From assembly GCF_009914755.1 (NCBI RefSeq), contig NC_060926.1: a DNA stretch of 64,000 nt; one strand, written 5' to 3'. This DNA is from the human T2T-CHM13v2.0 reference genome, Homo sapiens. The translations under genes and the position numbers were made by a program. The notes under the pieces are model-generated. The model made no database searches. It saw only the letters and a list, made by a program, of their open reading frames with translations, and was not told where the DNA came from. Positions 1 to 16,450 of this stretch are shown one piece after another (the first letter of the stretch is position 1; the number at the start of each line of letters is the position of its first letter).

Positions 1-69
1 TTGAACAGTTAGTCCAGAGTACCTCCACTCACATTCTGGATCTGTTGCTTTTCATCTCTGTAACCTTCT

Positions 70-245
70 GGAAACTGCTTGACTACTCTATACCTTATTT
101 TACTCATTGATAAAATAAAGATCATAGTATTTTTCCCACTTTATAATGTCATTGTGAGGATTGACTGAGTTAATGTATGTAGAGTGCTTAGGATACATCT
201 TATATAGAAGCATTACACAAAATGCTAGCTGCTATTATTATTGTC
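70..245 (+). mobile_element. MIR SINE fragment
   Basis: MIR core-like 'attgtgaggattgactgagttaatgtatgtagagtgcttagga...gctattattatt'. Confidence 0.6.
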
Positions 246-3005
246 ACTTTCCTCCATCTGAGGGGAGAGAAATATGCAGACCTTGTGTCCTACTTCTGTC
301 TTTGAGACCTTGAGTATTGCAAAGACAAGTGTAGGAATGAAATTATTGTAATATCAGAGAAGTTGTGAAGATTACATTGGAAAGTACTTAGAAGAGTATC
401 TAAAATATAGACCACATTAAATAAGCGAATTTACCTAACCATATCTTTTTCTTAGTTCATAGAATTTATAGGTTATTTTTGATTCATTTACTTTTTAACA
501 AAAAGTGTACAGTGCTAAAAGGGGAATGAGTGTCCAAGACATTTGAGTTTTACTATTGCAGAAAGATATCTCAGCTTTTATTGAGCTAAGACTTTTTAAT
601 ATATTAAGTGTTTCTATGCAGTCACATCTGAGATGAATGCTACCTCTGCTATTTCTTAGTTATGTGATGTTAAGAAAGTTACAAAAGCTCTGTGAATTTC
701 AGTTTTTTTATTTGCAAAGTGGAGTCATAATGCCTATCTAAAAAATATTTATTGTGAAGATTTAAAAGATAGATTTAGAAAACTTAGCATCATGTACAGA
801 GCACAGAGTAGTACTATATAAATGGTATTAGATGCTCTCTAATTTTTTCCTGTCTAAATTATAATTTACTGTTTGGTTGACCTCAGCTTTTCACTGTTCT
901 TGTGTAGTCATTCCTATTACCTACCAACTTAAATGGGGCAACATGCAAATAAAAACGTTGTTGACACAGAATACACTATACTCATGTTATAATTTTATAA
1001 TGAATAGTAATAACTTTTCTGCTATGGATTATCAATATTTGATCTCAGACCATCTGTTTTCTTTTCAATGTTCTCTCACTATCCCTTCTCTTTTGTGATT
1101 TTAACTATCATCTGTCCAGGCCCTTTGGCATGAAATTTCAGTCTTCCCTATCTCCTCCTTCTTTTACTCTTTTCATAATCAAACTTTTGCAAAATATTTC
1201 TGTGTATTTCTTTGAGAGAAAATTGAGTTCATTTGCCCCCTCTTATCTATCCTATTAGAAGAATTCCTGGTGAAAGTGTTAGTCACATTACAATGTTTGG
1301 CTTTGTTTTTCACATCAATGCTCATTTGTCCTTTTATTAAAAAATCTCCACTTAACCTGCATATTCTCTTATACTTGAAATTTGAAATTTGTTGCTGAAG
1401 ACCTGGATGTTCTCAGATTTTTCCTTATGTGTATGACATTTCTCTTTCTCTCTACTTCAGCATATACCCCTCTTTTTTCTTCAATTTCCTTTTATAAATT
1501 GAATAATTTAAAAATTCATCAGGATTATTGATCATTTTAAACAGTAACAAATACTATAAATATAATTTTAATTTACATTGAATTAATAATATTGTTTTGA
1601 AAGAAGGCAATATAATGATCAACAATTTTTTATTTGTTCAAATCTAGTAAAGTTCTAACTTAAGATATGTAATAATTATGACATATTTAAAATATGTCTT
1701 AGAAACTTATCTACCATAGTGGTACATAGATATATTTATAATGATGTAATAACCATAGTTTTAAGCAAACTAATTCACATTTTAATATGCATAAAATGCC
1801 ACATATGCAAAAGGAAAGACATTTTCTAGCTACATATGTACTTATTTAACTTGATGGACAAACAGTGGCTGGGAAAGTGCGGTTCACCCTGATTCCTTTA
1901 AAGTCGGGATGATTCCAATTTGATGAAACAAGAATGGAGAGTGGAGAAAAAGGAAAGGTTTAAAAAATGTTATTCCACTTGCATTTGTCTTCTTTGCTAA
2001 TCTCAATTTTTACATAACAGATCCATAAACTTATGACATTCTGGGTTGGATTGAATTCAGCTGTTTAGAAAAAAGCAATTACAACTATTGTCCCCAAGCC
2101 AAGATAACAACACACCAATTATGACTAGCCAAGAAGCCTGGAATTCACAAACTGCCTTATATTTATTTATTTCTTCATGTTGGCTGTTTATCAGGAAGTG
2201 ACTTCAGTAAAAAGGAGCTGTAATTCATTTATTAAGTAAGCTCTCAAAACTCTAAGAAGAATGGCTCATATGCTATATTTAAAAATGACTGAATAATTTT
2301 AATGCAAATATTATTGCAGTTGATTTGACTAGCACTTTTTCTAAATCATTGGGGAAAATAAGGTCATGATGACATGGGTGAATGGTTTTTAATGTCTTTG
2401 CTTTTGTTTCTGAAACATCTTATTGATCTATGTACAGTCTCTGTGAGCAAAGGAGAGATACGTGTATGTATTTACACACACATATGTGTAAAGCATATAT
2501 AATATATATATATATATTTAATTCTCCTCAATAGTAAATCCAATACAAATTACAGTTTTAGGCATCCTAAAATCAGGTTTCAGTGTAAAGTTTGTATGAA
2601 TACACAAGGCCAGTCTTGACTGAGATGATTTTGTTAGGTGTAGATTTAAAACTAACTTTCCCAAAAGTTGTTTGTAGCAAATGCTATTATTGAACACTTA
2701 AATTATAAATACTCTATTTAAATTATACCCTTATCTGTATTTCACATATTAAACAAAACACTTAGCAAAGTTTTAGAGAGCCAATTAATTTTTTAATAAA
2801 CTTTTATTTTAGGATTCTTTTTATTTTTAATTTTGGGCTTCAAAAGTACTCTTAATTATTACCTTGGAATTATGGCCTTTCTGATCTCATTCATTGTCTC
2901 TCTTCCACCCCCTGCTTTTTAGGACCTTAAATTTTGGGGTGATTATGGGTCCTTTTGAGAATCTGATGAATGTTATTTACTTTCCTCTCATTTAAAAAAA
3001 ATTGC

Positions 3006-3289
<284 letters not shown>

Positions 3290-3883
3290 CTATAGTCTCT
3301 CCCTGGTACCCACATAAAGAACACTTTTAAACAAATATTCTTTCTTTCTCACCTTTCTACCTAAATACATATTTAGAGGCAAAATAAATCAACTATAGAA
3401 ACCACAGGATGAAGGAGTATGATGATCGTGTTCATTGTAATAGACCTGAAAATTATAATTTTGGTTAACTATTTCTATATTATAGTTCTGGGTGGTATCT
3501 TGCATATACACTCACACTATCAGAGAACACATCATTTGGGGGCAAAAAATTAAGTAAAAGAAATTCCTTTTATTTATACATTTCAAATAAAAGTTTATTG
3601 AATTTGTGAAATTTGCCCTTTCTTCCAGATAGACAGTTTCATAGTGGAATTGCATAAATAATATTTTCCAAATCTCCTCCTATATACTCTTTAGAAATTT
3701 TATACATTTATTTATTAGCTATTTTATCTACTGAATTCCCTACTTTATTTCTTTTTCATGATACTCAGTATACTGATTTGTTTTTTCATTTAAAACTTGT
3801 TTATTACAAAAAAACTTTTATGATGTGTTTTTAGTAACACAACGCCTTGAAAATCTGTTGGCCAATAGGAACCTGATGTGAGG

Positions 3884-4320
<437 letters not shown>

Positions 4321-5049
4321 TCACCATGAATTGCATCTCTTTCAGGACCTTCACAGTACAGATATTGAAAGAGTTTACTCCATTAACTCAATGAATCAAG
4401 GAATGAATTAAAGAAAACATGATTACCAAAACCAGGAAAAAATTTGTAATTGCTAGAATAGAAGCTAATTATGGTTGTTCCTAGTACACTGAGGTGGAAA
4501 TTGGAAAGAAAGTAGAGGAGATATTTGAAATCCATAATATCTTCAGAAAACTCCATTACTAAAGTCATAGATTTTACTAACAGAGGCCAATAGATTCTTC
4601 CTTGAGGAATATTTACTTTTTATAACATAATTATCACATATCTATAATCTTCAAGTCAAATCATATTTAAATATTTAAAAAATACATGGATAGACCTGTA
4701 ATTTGTAGACATAGCAATAAAAAGAGAAATCATAACTAATGGCCTTACTATGAAGGCCTGCAGCACTAATCCCAAGATCTAGAGTAAGAGATGAAATTTG
4801 ATTTGATAAACCTTAGCATACTCATGCAAATTATATGATTATTATTTTAAAAAATAAGTTATTTAAATAAATAATTTATCTTAATTAAAATTACATAGGA
4901 TTTACCAGCATTTTGAAATAGTGTAAATCATTATTACATTGATCACTATAATTTTAAGCTGAAAGAAAATATACGATAATTTTAAATGGATGTTTTAATA
5001 AAATTCTGACATGTAACATTAATTTATGCTTGTATAAATTCAACTTATT

Positions 5050-6320
5050 GTGCATTTATTATATTTGGGATGGAGGGACAGAAAAATAAAACAGTACAGT
5101 GTAGAATAGTGATATCAAAACCAATTATTACTATCACATGTAACCACTGCTATAATCACTGTGTGAGTACAAGTCCTTCGGGAGAAGAAAACAGAACAAC
5201 TAATTGCCCTAGGGAGTGAGGAAAGGCCATGGATAAGGTACTTTTGAACTGCTGCTGAATGATGAGCAACGGTTTCTTAAGAGGAGGAGGTAGAGCAGGA
5301 TATTCCAGGCACTGTGTTCTGAAAGCGAGTGGTGTGTTCAGAGAACAGAGAGTTAAGTGTGCTTGGCACAAAATTTTAAAGGGAGAAATGGTGACTAGAG
5401 AAATAAGTCATGACCAGGTTGCAAAAGACCTAACATTCCAGGCTAAAGATTTCAAGCTTTACACTACAGTGATGGTGAGGCAGAGAGGTCTTAGGTAGAA
5501 AAGTGAAATGATCTGGGTAAAGAATATTACATTTAGGGGCAGCATGTGAGTATCTACAGAGGGAGAGGAAACCTCAGCCAGAGGAGTTCAGATAGGAGGG
5601 AGAAATAATGCTCTAAGTGAAAGATTCTAAGGAACTGAACTAAGGCAGTTGAAAGGAAGACAGGACAGACATTAGTGAGAAAAAATTAATAGTTATAGAG
5701 ATTAATTGAACATAGATACTCTGGAAAAGGGAGGAATGTAAGAGGATTTCTAAAATTTGGGCTTAAGCAAATACAGAAAACAGTAACACCCATTAAATGT
5801 AGAATACTGGGGGAGATCAATATCAGTAGGAAAAGTATATAGTTCTATTTTAAACATATTGATATGAGATGACATTGGGATATTAGGTTGGTTTTTCCAA
5901 CAGCTAATCCTGCTTTTCTTTCTTTCTTTTTCTTTCTTACCTTCTTCCTTCTCTCTTTCTCTTTCTTCAATATAAGTATGATATTTGATGCCATGACACT
6001 GATTTGGATCACCCAGAGAGAGTGACTATAATTGGAGGAGGTGAGCAAGGGAATCCAGTAAATAACCTGCATTTAAGAGATGTGTAAAAGAGGAACAGTC
6101 AGTAAAGGTGACAGTGATGAAATGATCACAAAAGGAGATGGGGAAACAAAAATTCAGTGATGTCTTAGAAGTTAAGGAGGAGAGTTTCATGAAGTCAAGT
6201 CACCAGATTTAGTAAGTTCTTCAGAGACCAAAAAGTAAAAGAATATTGGCGACCTTGGCAGAAGCAGTAGGGTGAAACAGTTGAATTCATTCATTCATTT
6301 ATTTATTCAACAACCATTTG
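5050..6320. mobile_element. Degenerate L2 LINE fragments
   Basis: Purine-rich L2-like text and the L2 3' end motif 'ttcattcattcatttatttattcaacaacc' at ~6285-6315. Confidence 0.5.
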
Positions 6321-6529
6321 TGAAAGGTCTTCTATGTACTTCGGCTTGAGACACAAATTTCTGTAATACTTATCATCACGTACATTGCACTGAAATTAGG
6401 ATATGTCTATTCTATCAACAGTTTTACTCACAAAGTAGTTCATTATGGGTAGATGATCATGGTTACATTCAGTCTTTACACTGCATTCTTCTTTTAAAAA
6501 TGATGTTTCTATCAAATATGTGTTTCATT

Positions 6530-6685
6530 ATATGACATATTATTATAATATATATTATATGTATAATATATAATATATATTATACATATGTATGTATTAT
6601 ATATATAATACATACATATATATTATTTTCATGTATATATTATATATATACATATATATGTATATAATATATACATATATTATTT
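6530..6685. repeat. AT-rich (TA)n-like low-complexity region
   Basis: Seen directly in the sequence. Confidence 0.9.
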
Positions 6686-7014
6686 TCTGGTCTATAACCT
6701 CTTAATGAATCAAAGACGTGAACCAAATGAGGATCTCTATCAAAGTGGTTACTTAATATTTAGATACTTGAAATAAAATTTCTACAGAAAATTTTCCCAT
6801 TGATCTTCACCCCTGTTCCCTCTCGCCCCACCACACACACACCCATTATCAGCAGCCACACATTATTACCTAAAATTCTCGGATAAAATGGAAATTGTAC
6901 AATTGAACTTTTAAATTTAACAATTAGGAACACAAATGTTTCACTCATATTTTAACTAGTAGTACTTAAAAACAAATGATGTATTCAGTTATAATTAATA
7001 TAAAATTCTAGTCT

Positions 7015-7215
7015 CAGATAAAATCTCTCACATTCTCACTTATGGCTATATGACTCTTAGACAAATGACTTAAATTCTCTTAACTCCCACATAAGTAAAC
7101 TGGGAATTACAATACATGCTTTGCAAAGTTGTACATTAATGGGAAATAAACTAATATTTAAGAAATAGCTAAGAAAGAGCTTGGCATATAAAATAATAAT
7201 AAATGGTGATTATTA
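7015..7215 (+). mobile_element. MIR SINE
   Basis: 'tatgactcttagacaaatgacttaaattctcttaactc...gtaaactgggaattacaata'. Confidence 0.6.
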
Positions 7216-7780
7216 ATATAACAAAGTGCTTATTAAAATATATAATACACAGTAGCTGTTTAACAAATCTAATCCTAAAACTATGTTCTTCGAAATGTCC
7301 TTCATTATTTAATATCCCACTAGGCATTATAAATATCTTAACTGATTTAATTAATACAAAATTTATTTAAATGGTTATTTTTTCCTCCTTGCTGAATAAC
7401 AAAAGAAATGAAGACTCAGCAAGTTAAGCAACTTGACTAAGGTGGGGAATGACAGAACTATGATTTGCATGCTGGCCTTTCTAACTGAAAATCCTGTGCA
7501 GCTAAACATTGTGTGATCCAGCCTGCTTCTCTTTTGAAACTCCTCACTTTCACCTCTTCCTCTACTTTCTGATTCATTCTATTTTCTTGTATTTTTTACT
7601 TCTCATAAATTGTTACCAGGGATCCAGAAAAGCAACTAGTTTTCTAAAACTCCTTTAGAGTATGCTTGCTCCACAGTTCAGTTAATTGGGAAACAGCTTA
7701 CAGTTTGACTATAAGTGATACTGTACTATAAAATCTTTCCAGGGGTATCAGTGATTTTTATTAGATTTGTTAAGATTTGA

Positions 7781-8079
7781 AGCCAGGTGTGGTGGCTCAC
7801 GCTGGTAATCCCAGCAGTTTGGGAGGCCAAGCGGGAGGATTGCTTGTGTCCAGGAGTTGGAGACCAGCCTGGTCAACATAATGAGACCTTGTCTCTACCA
7901 AAGAAAAAAATTTTAAAAAAAGCCACGAAAATTAGCTGGGCATGAGGGTGTGCACCTGTAGTTCCAGCTCCTCCGTGGGCTGAGATGGCAAGATTACTGA
8001 ATGCCAGGATGTTGAGGCTATAGTGATCCATGATCTTACCAGCCTGGGCGACAGAGTGAGATGCTGTCTCAAAAAAAAA
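7781..8079 (+). mobile_element. AluJ-type SINE
   Basis: Diverged dimeric Alu with an A tail. Confidence 0.9.
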
Positions 8080-9928
8080 TTGATATGTCTAACAGTTTCA
8101 AATATTTTCACCAAGATAAAGATTTTTTTTTCCTTTCCTGACAGATACACTGACTAATCTTTTGATGTAACTGAAAACAATCACTTTCAAAAGTGGTTCC
8201 TATGGACAGAAAAATTATAATTAAAGCAAAAGTTAGTAATACAAGTTTCAGAGCTATATTTTTTTCTTTTCATGTCATGTGAAAGAGAAAAATATCAAAT
8301 TAATCAAGTGCTTGGCTATTATAATTTACTACTTAGTATCTGTTCATCCTCCCTTGTACTTGAAAAGGTTAAAAATGACAAAGGTTCTATTAATTCTTTC
8401 CCACGTGCTTTTTCTCTGAACTAGAATAAATCTTGGAACGTCCTGAAGATCTTGGATGCTGATGAAAGCTTGTATTTGTTTTGGTAGAAAGGAAACTAAG
8501 AAATCACTTTCTTTTATAGTTTAGCATCTTTATTTCAATCATTCTCCCTGCTGCTTCGTCAGTAAAAAAAAAAAAAATTTTGTTTAAAGATGAAATGTTC
8601 CAGACCTTATCTTTTGAAAAATCAAAGTGGCTTTTTACTCAGTTTCTCAATTCAAAAAGTCTGCTGTCAAACTTGGTAAGATTTACTTAAATTTACTAAA
8701 CCTAGTTGATAGCTGATTTTCATTTATATTTAGCAACCTAGCTCCATTCTGACTTCTGTCAGCTGCCTATCATCCTGGGAAAATTGTTTGAGTATCCAAA
8801 TGTCCTTTGCTTAACATGGATTATTAATGCCGGGCCCTTGTATTTTTTTCACTTGTGTGCTATCTATGTTTAGTAAAATATTATCTTGTCTTTTAATATG
8901 TAAGCCAAACATAAATGGAACAGCCGATAGACAAAGAACATGTATACATTGGGTATAGAAAAATGGAATGATGTTAGAATTCTGAGCTAGACATCAATTT
9001 CTAGGACATAATTGTGTCGAGAAACCATGTATATTGTTTCCTAATTACCCTATTTTTTTCTTTCAAATTTGTGCATGTCTCTTCCTTTTTTTAGAAAGAG
9101 TCATGAATGTATAATCTAATCCATTAACACTCACAAGTATAACTCAGAGGGGAACGTGAATTAAAAATCTATGGTCAAAAGGAAATGAGAATTTATGACC
9201 AAAGAACTTTGTAAAAATACTTTTGCCTGAGAAGAAATAGACATGCTCAAGAAGAAATGAAAGACCGAGAGGCAGCTAATCTAATCTGGGGCAAGACTAA
9301 CTGAATTGTAAATGGAAAAATCAACCTTTAGAATTTAAATCAATTATAGATATAAAGATACTTTCACTATTCATCAGTTCACATCAAGATCTATGCAATT
9401 GAATTTAAAATTTTTCTATCTTTAACAGTTTTCTGAAAAGTGCCCTGGGTGGGAATAAGGGGAATAGAATAAGTTATCTATTATTACAATGAATCACTCA
9501 GCACTCAGCAGGGAGACTTCATGTGTGTGGTACACTTAGAGACACTGGTTTTTGAAGCAGGTACACTTAAAAATATCAAAAGACAGATTTATTCTGGGTT
9601 AATTTCTTGAATATAGCATCCTGACTACTTGCAGATTTTTGTCCTTCATCAGTGTAAAAATGACTTCATTCTTAGTAAGGATGCTAGTGTTTTCCATTGA
9701 TCTGTATTGTTATCATTATGATAGGAGACCAGATTTTAAAGAGGTAAATCTTCTTACAGTGAGCTTGCTACCCTCTGAAAGCAAAAAATAATTTGAGCAT
9801 TTTTTTAAATGTGTATGATCTCCAAGTTCTTTTGAACTATTACTCCCCACCATTCCTTTAATATTTTTTAAGCAATTCTAGGCTTTGATTGTAACAGCTG
9901 CTATTCTTTCTTTTGAGCAATGCTGCTG

Positions 9929-10137
9929 CAGTCATTTTCAAAGTGTTGACCCTGGTCCAGGTGCATCAGCATCAGCATCACCTGGGAACTTGTTTGAAAT
10001 GCAAGTTCTCAGGTTCCCCAGACTAGCTGAATGAGTAACTATGGGGTGGACTCAGTAACTAGTGTTTTAACAAGATCTCCAGGAGATTCTGGAGCTACAC
10101 ATTCTCAAAGTTGCATGCTCAACTTTGAGAATCACTG
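9929..10137. mobile_element. MER5A-like hAT-Charlie DNA transposon
   Basis: 'cagcatcacctgggaacttgtttgaaatgcaagttctcagg...tttgagaatcactg' with terminal-inverted-repeat (TIR)-like ends. Confidence 0.8.
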
Positions 10138-10149
10138 CACTTCTGAACT

Positions 10150-10650
10150 GAGCTCTTCAATGTGTTGTGTATCCTGAATCTCTTTGGTAGTATGGTAAAG
10201 CTCATGGATATTTTCTCAGAATAGTGTTTTTAAAAATCCAAAATGAAATACGTAGATTACTTAGGAAATAGGCTATATGGAAATTCAGTTATCCAAATAT
10301 TAAAAACAAATTTGTGATACAATAATACATGTCCTTCTTTATAAACACATTTAACTAACAAGATCTGTGCAGGTCTAATTACTGTCATAGCTTTGAAATA
10401 TTGGTAACCAATAAAGTTATTTTTAGATTACTGCAACAATCACAAAGTGATATGACTATACATATGATTTATACTGGTGACATATTCACAGATATTACAA
10501 ATAATATCGTGATTTATGGCCACATTTATAATGAAAAGAGAAAGTACATTTCAGCCAGCAGTTAATAAAAATAAAGATTTTCTTTTGCATTCAAGTTTAT
10601 GGTTCCCTTGAATTTTGTCCATAAACTCCTAGGGGAAAAGGACCCTTGCA
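10150..10650. mobile_element. hAT-Charlie-like DNA transposon remnant (Charlie4-like)
   Basis: Resembles the recalled consensus 'tttggcagtctggtgaagcctatggaccccttctcagaataatgttttt'. Confidence 0.45.
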
Positions 10651-12798
10651 AGATGGGTCATTCTCAATTCATCTAGGAAAAAAAAATGCTTATCTTGTAA
10701 CCTGATAAATATGGTACATTGTAAAACATAGGAGACAGGATATGAATCAAATGTGTTCTGGAAACCATAGAATAAATTGTTCTCCCCCAGGACACCTCAT
10801 AACCTAACACCTGTGACAATTAAAGCGGAGCTGATCTAATAGTTTACTGGAAATTACTCACAATGCTCCACATTTTCCTGACTCATCATACATTTGTATT
10901 CATTATACTTTTAAATTTCTTTCCATATGCTTTGCAATTGTCTACTTGTCATTTTATGTATTAATTGATAACTTTTGATTCTTTAGAACCGTTTAGAACC
11001 AGTTAGTTTTCAGGTCCTCTCTTCATGTTGTTATGCCAACTCCATTTGAGGAAACGGATATTCAAAGATCACAAAAACAAACCAAGGTCATGGAGCACAG
11101 TTCAGTGTCATGACTCCCACTCAGTTCCATATTTCTGGTTCTGTCTCCTGGACTTACTGGCCATAGCTGCAAAGAGGCAGGGAGCCAATGAGACCTGACC
11201 ACTATTTGAGATAGCTGACTGGCAAATCAGCTGAATGAAAAGAATTTTTAAAAAAGGATTCCATTTCAGTTACTGCAGACAGACTATTCAAACAGGAAGC
11301 AGAGTATAAAAGCATGGACTACTTTCATCACGGGACAGAAGAGATAATAGACTTTCAGAAAAGGATGAGATCTATATTTTGTAGATTAGACTTTGTATAA
11401 TAGGATTTTTTGCCAATTCCTTCTTTCAGAAGCCATTATTTTTAAACCATGTTTTCATCTTGAAGCTTGTTTCATTTGCCAGATTCTTTCCCCAAACCCT
11501 GGTTATCAAGGGGCAGTAGGAGGTTCTTTGAAGGGCTTTATTATACTGATTTTACTATGTTATCTCTTGCTGGGATGTGCAGCCTGATAATCTGATATGA
11601 ACACTGATTTTCCTAGTCTTAACTTGATAATTTGGTAACAGTGTGACATCGACATAAATTTTCAAATTATCTATTTCATTATTTATTAACTGAGGATTAT
11701 ATTTGCCTTATTTTTTCAAATACAGGGAAGAGAAACAAATATTTATTTACCACCTACTATGTGCCAAGCTTTCATAATATAGAAGAAGCCAGCAGTGTAA
11801 AACAGCAAAGAAAGTAACACAACTAACTGGGCAGGCAGAGGTAGAAGAAAGGAGAGTGAACCTCTGTAAATGTTACAGCTATCAGGGAGCCAGATTTCAA
11901 CAGTGAGGAGGTGTAGAAACAAAGACACTATGGTACAGGAAGAACCCATGATTATCTTGTTGGGGTGTCAGTATCTGCAAAATATCAGTAGTAGCAAGAA
12001 TCACAGTATTTTTGTTATGCGGAGTGCTGAGTTTTCTTCTCTAGCTTTTTCTAGGGCTGTAGAAATGTCTACAGACAGCTGCCGATGGATAATTTAAGAA
12101 AGATGGAAGACAGGGAAAATCCGTCTAATGTGGAACAGAACACTGCATTTTTATAGGATAAAGAAGAGGGAAAGCCATATTTACTGTCAGTTTCTGTATT
12201 TCATACATAATATCTACATTTGGAAGGTCAGACGAAAGCAGAAAGGAGAACTTCCCAGTTTCTATGTGAAAGGGAGTGGGAGGACCCTTTGAGTGAAGAA
12301 ACTCTTCATGAGAACCAGTGTCTCCAGAGAAAGAAAAACTGACCCACACACTCTGATGTTTAATTCAATGCTTAGGAATACAGCAGATATTTATTTTTGT
12401 TTTTATGCCAGGAAATAAAGAATTTGAAATGACCTGTAGAACAACAGTGAAGCCAGACTCAAAAATGTGTCCATTAAAGAAGCTTATTATGACTTCTGGC
12501 AGAAATGTTTTGCAATTTCACTCAGCAAGTCAAAAATAAAGACTGTTAGTTACTTTCAGGAGTGGACCAGGCTTCACAGGACCATGCAGTATAATATTTG
12601 GGCTATATAAAATTAGCTATTTTCATGGTTATTACTAAGAATTATTAAGTTGTGTCTTGTTAAAATAGCAGGTAAATGTGAGAGTTAGTATGCATAAGAA
12701 AAGCATGAAATAGCTCTATGGCAAAAAAAGAAAAAAGTAAAAAAGGCTTAACTATTTAATACTCAGTTTTCAACTGGGGACAGGAAGGAGTAACCTAA

Positions 12799-13221
<423 letters not shown>

Positions 13222-14127
13222 TAGTATCTTTGGGGACTGAGGAAAGAGTACAAATGGAAGCTCATATATTTGACGTTTTTCATTCAAGTATAAAAAAGAA
13301 GCCACGTAATCATTAAATAGCTTTCTATTTCTGTCTTTACTAATAATTATTCCTAAAACCCAAGAAAATTCATATCAAATTTAGAATTCCCAGAATCCTG
13401 AGTCCTTGGAGTTTTGTGAAAGAACGTGCTGGTATAGGGTGAGCTGCCCTCTGATCCCTTACTCGTGGCCCCTTACTGTTCAACCCCAGCTCCTTCTTGC
13501 ACTGGTGAGGCCCCTTGTGTTTATGTAAGTCCACACTTCAGCCTGTGTATCTAAGTTGTGTGCACTTCTTTGTGTAAACAGCCATCTTATGGCCAATCCT
13601 TGAAACTAGGGGTGGATATAGAAGAGGCATCATTTATCATCAGAAAGGGAAATCCAAGCAAAACATGCATGCAGTTTCTGAATATGAGCATAAGCCATTT
13701 GGGTTTTAAGCTCTGGGGTCCCAGGTACCAAGGATATGGTTATAAGTGTTATAAAGCTTTAGGTGGACAGATTTCCTTAGTTTGAATAGCTCATCCATGG
13801 AGTGAGGGCCAGCTAGAGGAAGACCAAGGTGGGAATCTCTAAAGTGCACAGACAAAGGCAGGGGTCCTTTCTTCATGAATCTGTGGCTAGAACTGCGAAT
13901 GCTAACCTGGAATTGATGCCAGAACAAGGCAACAAACCTAGACTCTTGGGAAACTGGGATGCATGGTCACCCTAAATTTATGGTGCACATGCAGTATAAA
14001 CTGCAGTTTGGGTGAGCTTTCTGGACACAAAATCAGAAGGACAAAAATGAGGCTGACTGCATTTGTTACATGAACATGAAGAAATACAATTTTAAAGTGA
14101 CCAAAGTGAACTTTAAGGAGAGAGTTT

Positions 14128-14700
<573 letters not shown>

Positions 14701-14943
14701 TATGAAGAAAACGAAAACAATCATAAACAATTATCCAGAATAGACTTAAGCAAGATGACAACTTTTCCAGAACACTTATTTTGGAAAAGAAAATACTATT
14801 CGATTTAGAGGAATAATGTTTAGTTTGATTGTTCATTATTTTGTTTCATTATGAGGTAATGGATACACAGAAAATTTCTAATAAAATGATGGAGTGTTAT
14901 GGATTGAATGAGTATATGCTATCATAATTTATATGTTGAAGCC

Positions 14944-15479
14944 TGTCTTAGTTTGTTAGTGCTACTGTAACAAAATATGTGAGACTGGGTAATTTATAAA
15001 GAACATAAATTTGTTTCTTACAGTTGAGAGGCTGAGAAATCTAAGTTCAAGGCACTGGCAGGTTCCGTGTTTTGTGAGGGTCAGTCTCTGCTTCTCAGAT
15101 GCCTTTTTGCCTTGTTACTATGTCCTCACGTGGAAGAAAGCATAAGGCAAAGGTGACTACTAGTTCCCTCCAGCCCTTTTTAAAGTCACTGATACCATTC
15201 ATGAGGGTTCCATCCTCATTATTTTTCTTTTTCTTTTTTTTTACACAGGATCTTGCCCTGTCACCCGGACTGGAGTGCAGTGGTGCAATCACAGCTCAGT
15301 GCAGCCTTGGCATCCTGGGCTCCAGGGATCCTCCCTTTTCAACCTTTGTAGCTAAGACTATAGGCAGCACCCTCATGATTTAATCACTTCCTAAAGGCCC
15401 CATATCTTAATACTATTATATTGGGCATTAAGTTTCAACATGATTTTTGGAGGGGGACACAAACATTCAAACCATAGCA
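14944..15479 (-). mobile_element. MST/MLT1-type MaLR solo LTR containing an Alu monomer (15221-15366, minus strand)
   Basis: 'tgtcttagtttgttagtgctactgtaacaaaata...aaacattcaaaccatagca'. Confidence 0.75.
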
Positions 15480-15559
15480 AAGCTCTGACCCCATTGTGGC
15501 TTATTTGCAGCTGAAGTAGATGAGGTCTCAAAGGAAGTAATTAAGATTTTATACTGGGA

Positions 15560-16450
15560 TTTGAGTCTAGTTATAGGTCCAGAAGCAGAGAGGATGGTAG
15601 GGGTGGTTCCTGAAGAGATGCAGCATTGTCTTACGTGTCAGCTGCCACAGGGGATGCCATTACAATTTCCTCAGGGAATGCAGGATTTATTCCCCGCTAG
15701 GAACTAGAAAAACCAATATTACTGTGGGTGGGGAGGCCTTTTTGCTGGGGTAAGAAGGCCACTTTCAGTAAGGGTGGGGAGGCTTCTTCCACTGGCAAAG
15801 AATACTTAACAGAATTTAGAGGCTCAATGTCCCCAGCTTCATCAGGGTCTTCTCACAGGTCTCCATCTCTTCTTACAAGATCTCATTCTATCCCAAGAAA
15901 TGTTGTCACTTTAACAGTAGACATTCTGCAAAGCTGGCAGTTTAACTTTTATTGTAATTTGCCCAATTGTAGGATGAGGTTCTGCATTTGATTTTTCAGC
16001 AATGTCAGCCATGTGGCTACAGGAAATAAGGCTTTTCCCCAGGGTACACCTAAAAGCTCTTAGTTCATTTATGCAGCATAGAATCTGGGAGCTTGACTCT
16101 CTAAGCTCATTCTTTTCTTTTACCACTTTGTCAGAAAACATAAGGAGCAACCAACCAATGTTATTATTATTTTTTAAGTTTTCCAAAAATGCTTGAAAGT
16201 ATCATAAAGTCACTTAGTTCTGTGCTTCTTATAAGTGATTGATTAGGAGTATCCAATACAGTCATTTTATGTATCTCTATAAACATTTCAAGCCATAGAC
16301 TATCAGTAGTGTCTTCCTTACTAGAAATAGAGTCATTATGATCTTTAAGTCTAATCCGATTGGAGAGCCAATTCCAGAAACTCCAGACCCAATTCAGAAA
16401 ACTCATTCTTAAAATTCTGTTCTTCTGGAATCACTCTTGGTATTAAAATT
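15560..16450 (-). mobile_element. ERVL internal remnant (PBS region and decayed gag)
   Basis: Adjacent to an MLT2 LTR. ORF fragments 'FWNWLSNRIR…' and 'GWLLLMFSDKVVKEKNELR' resemble ERVL gag. Confidence 0.7.
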
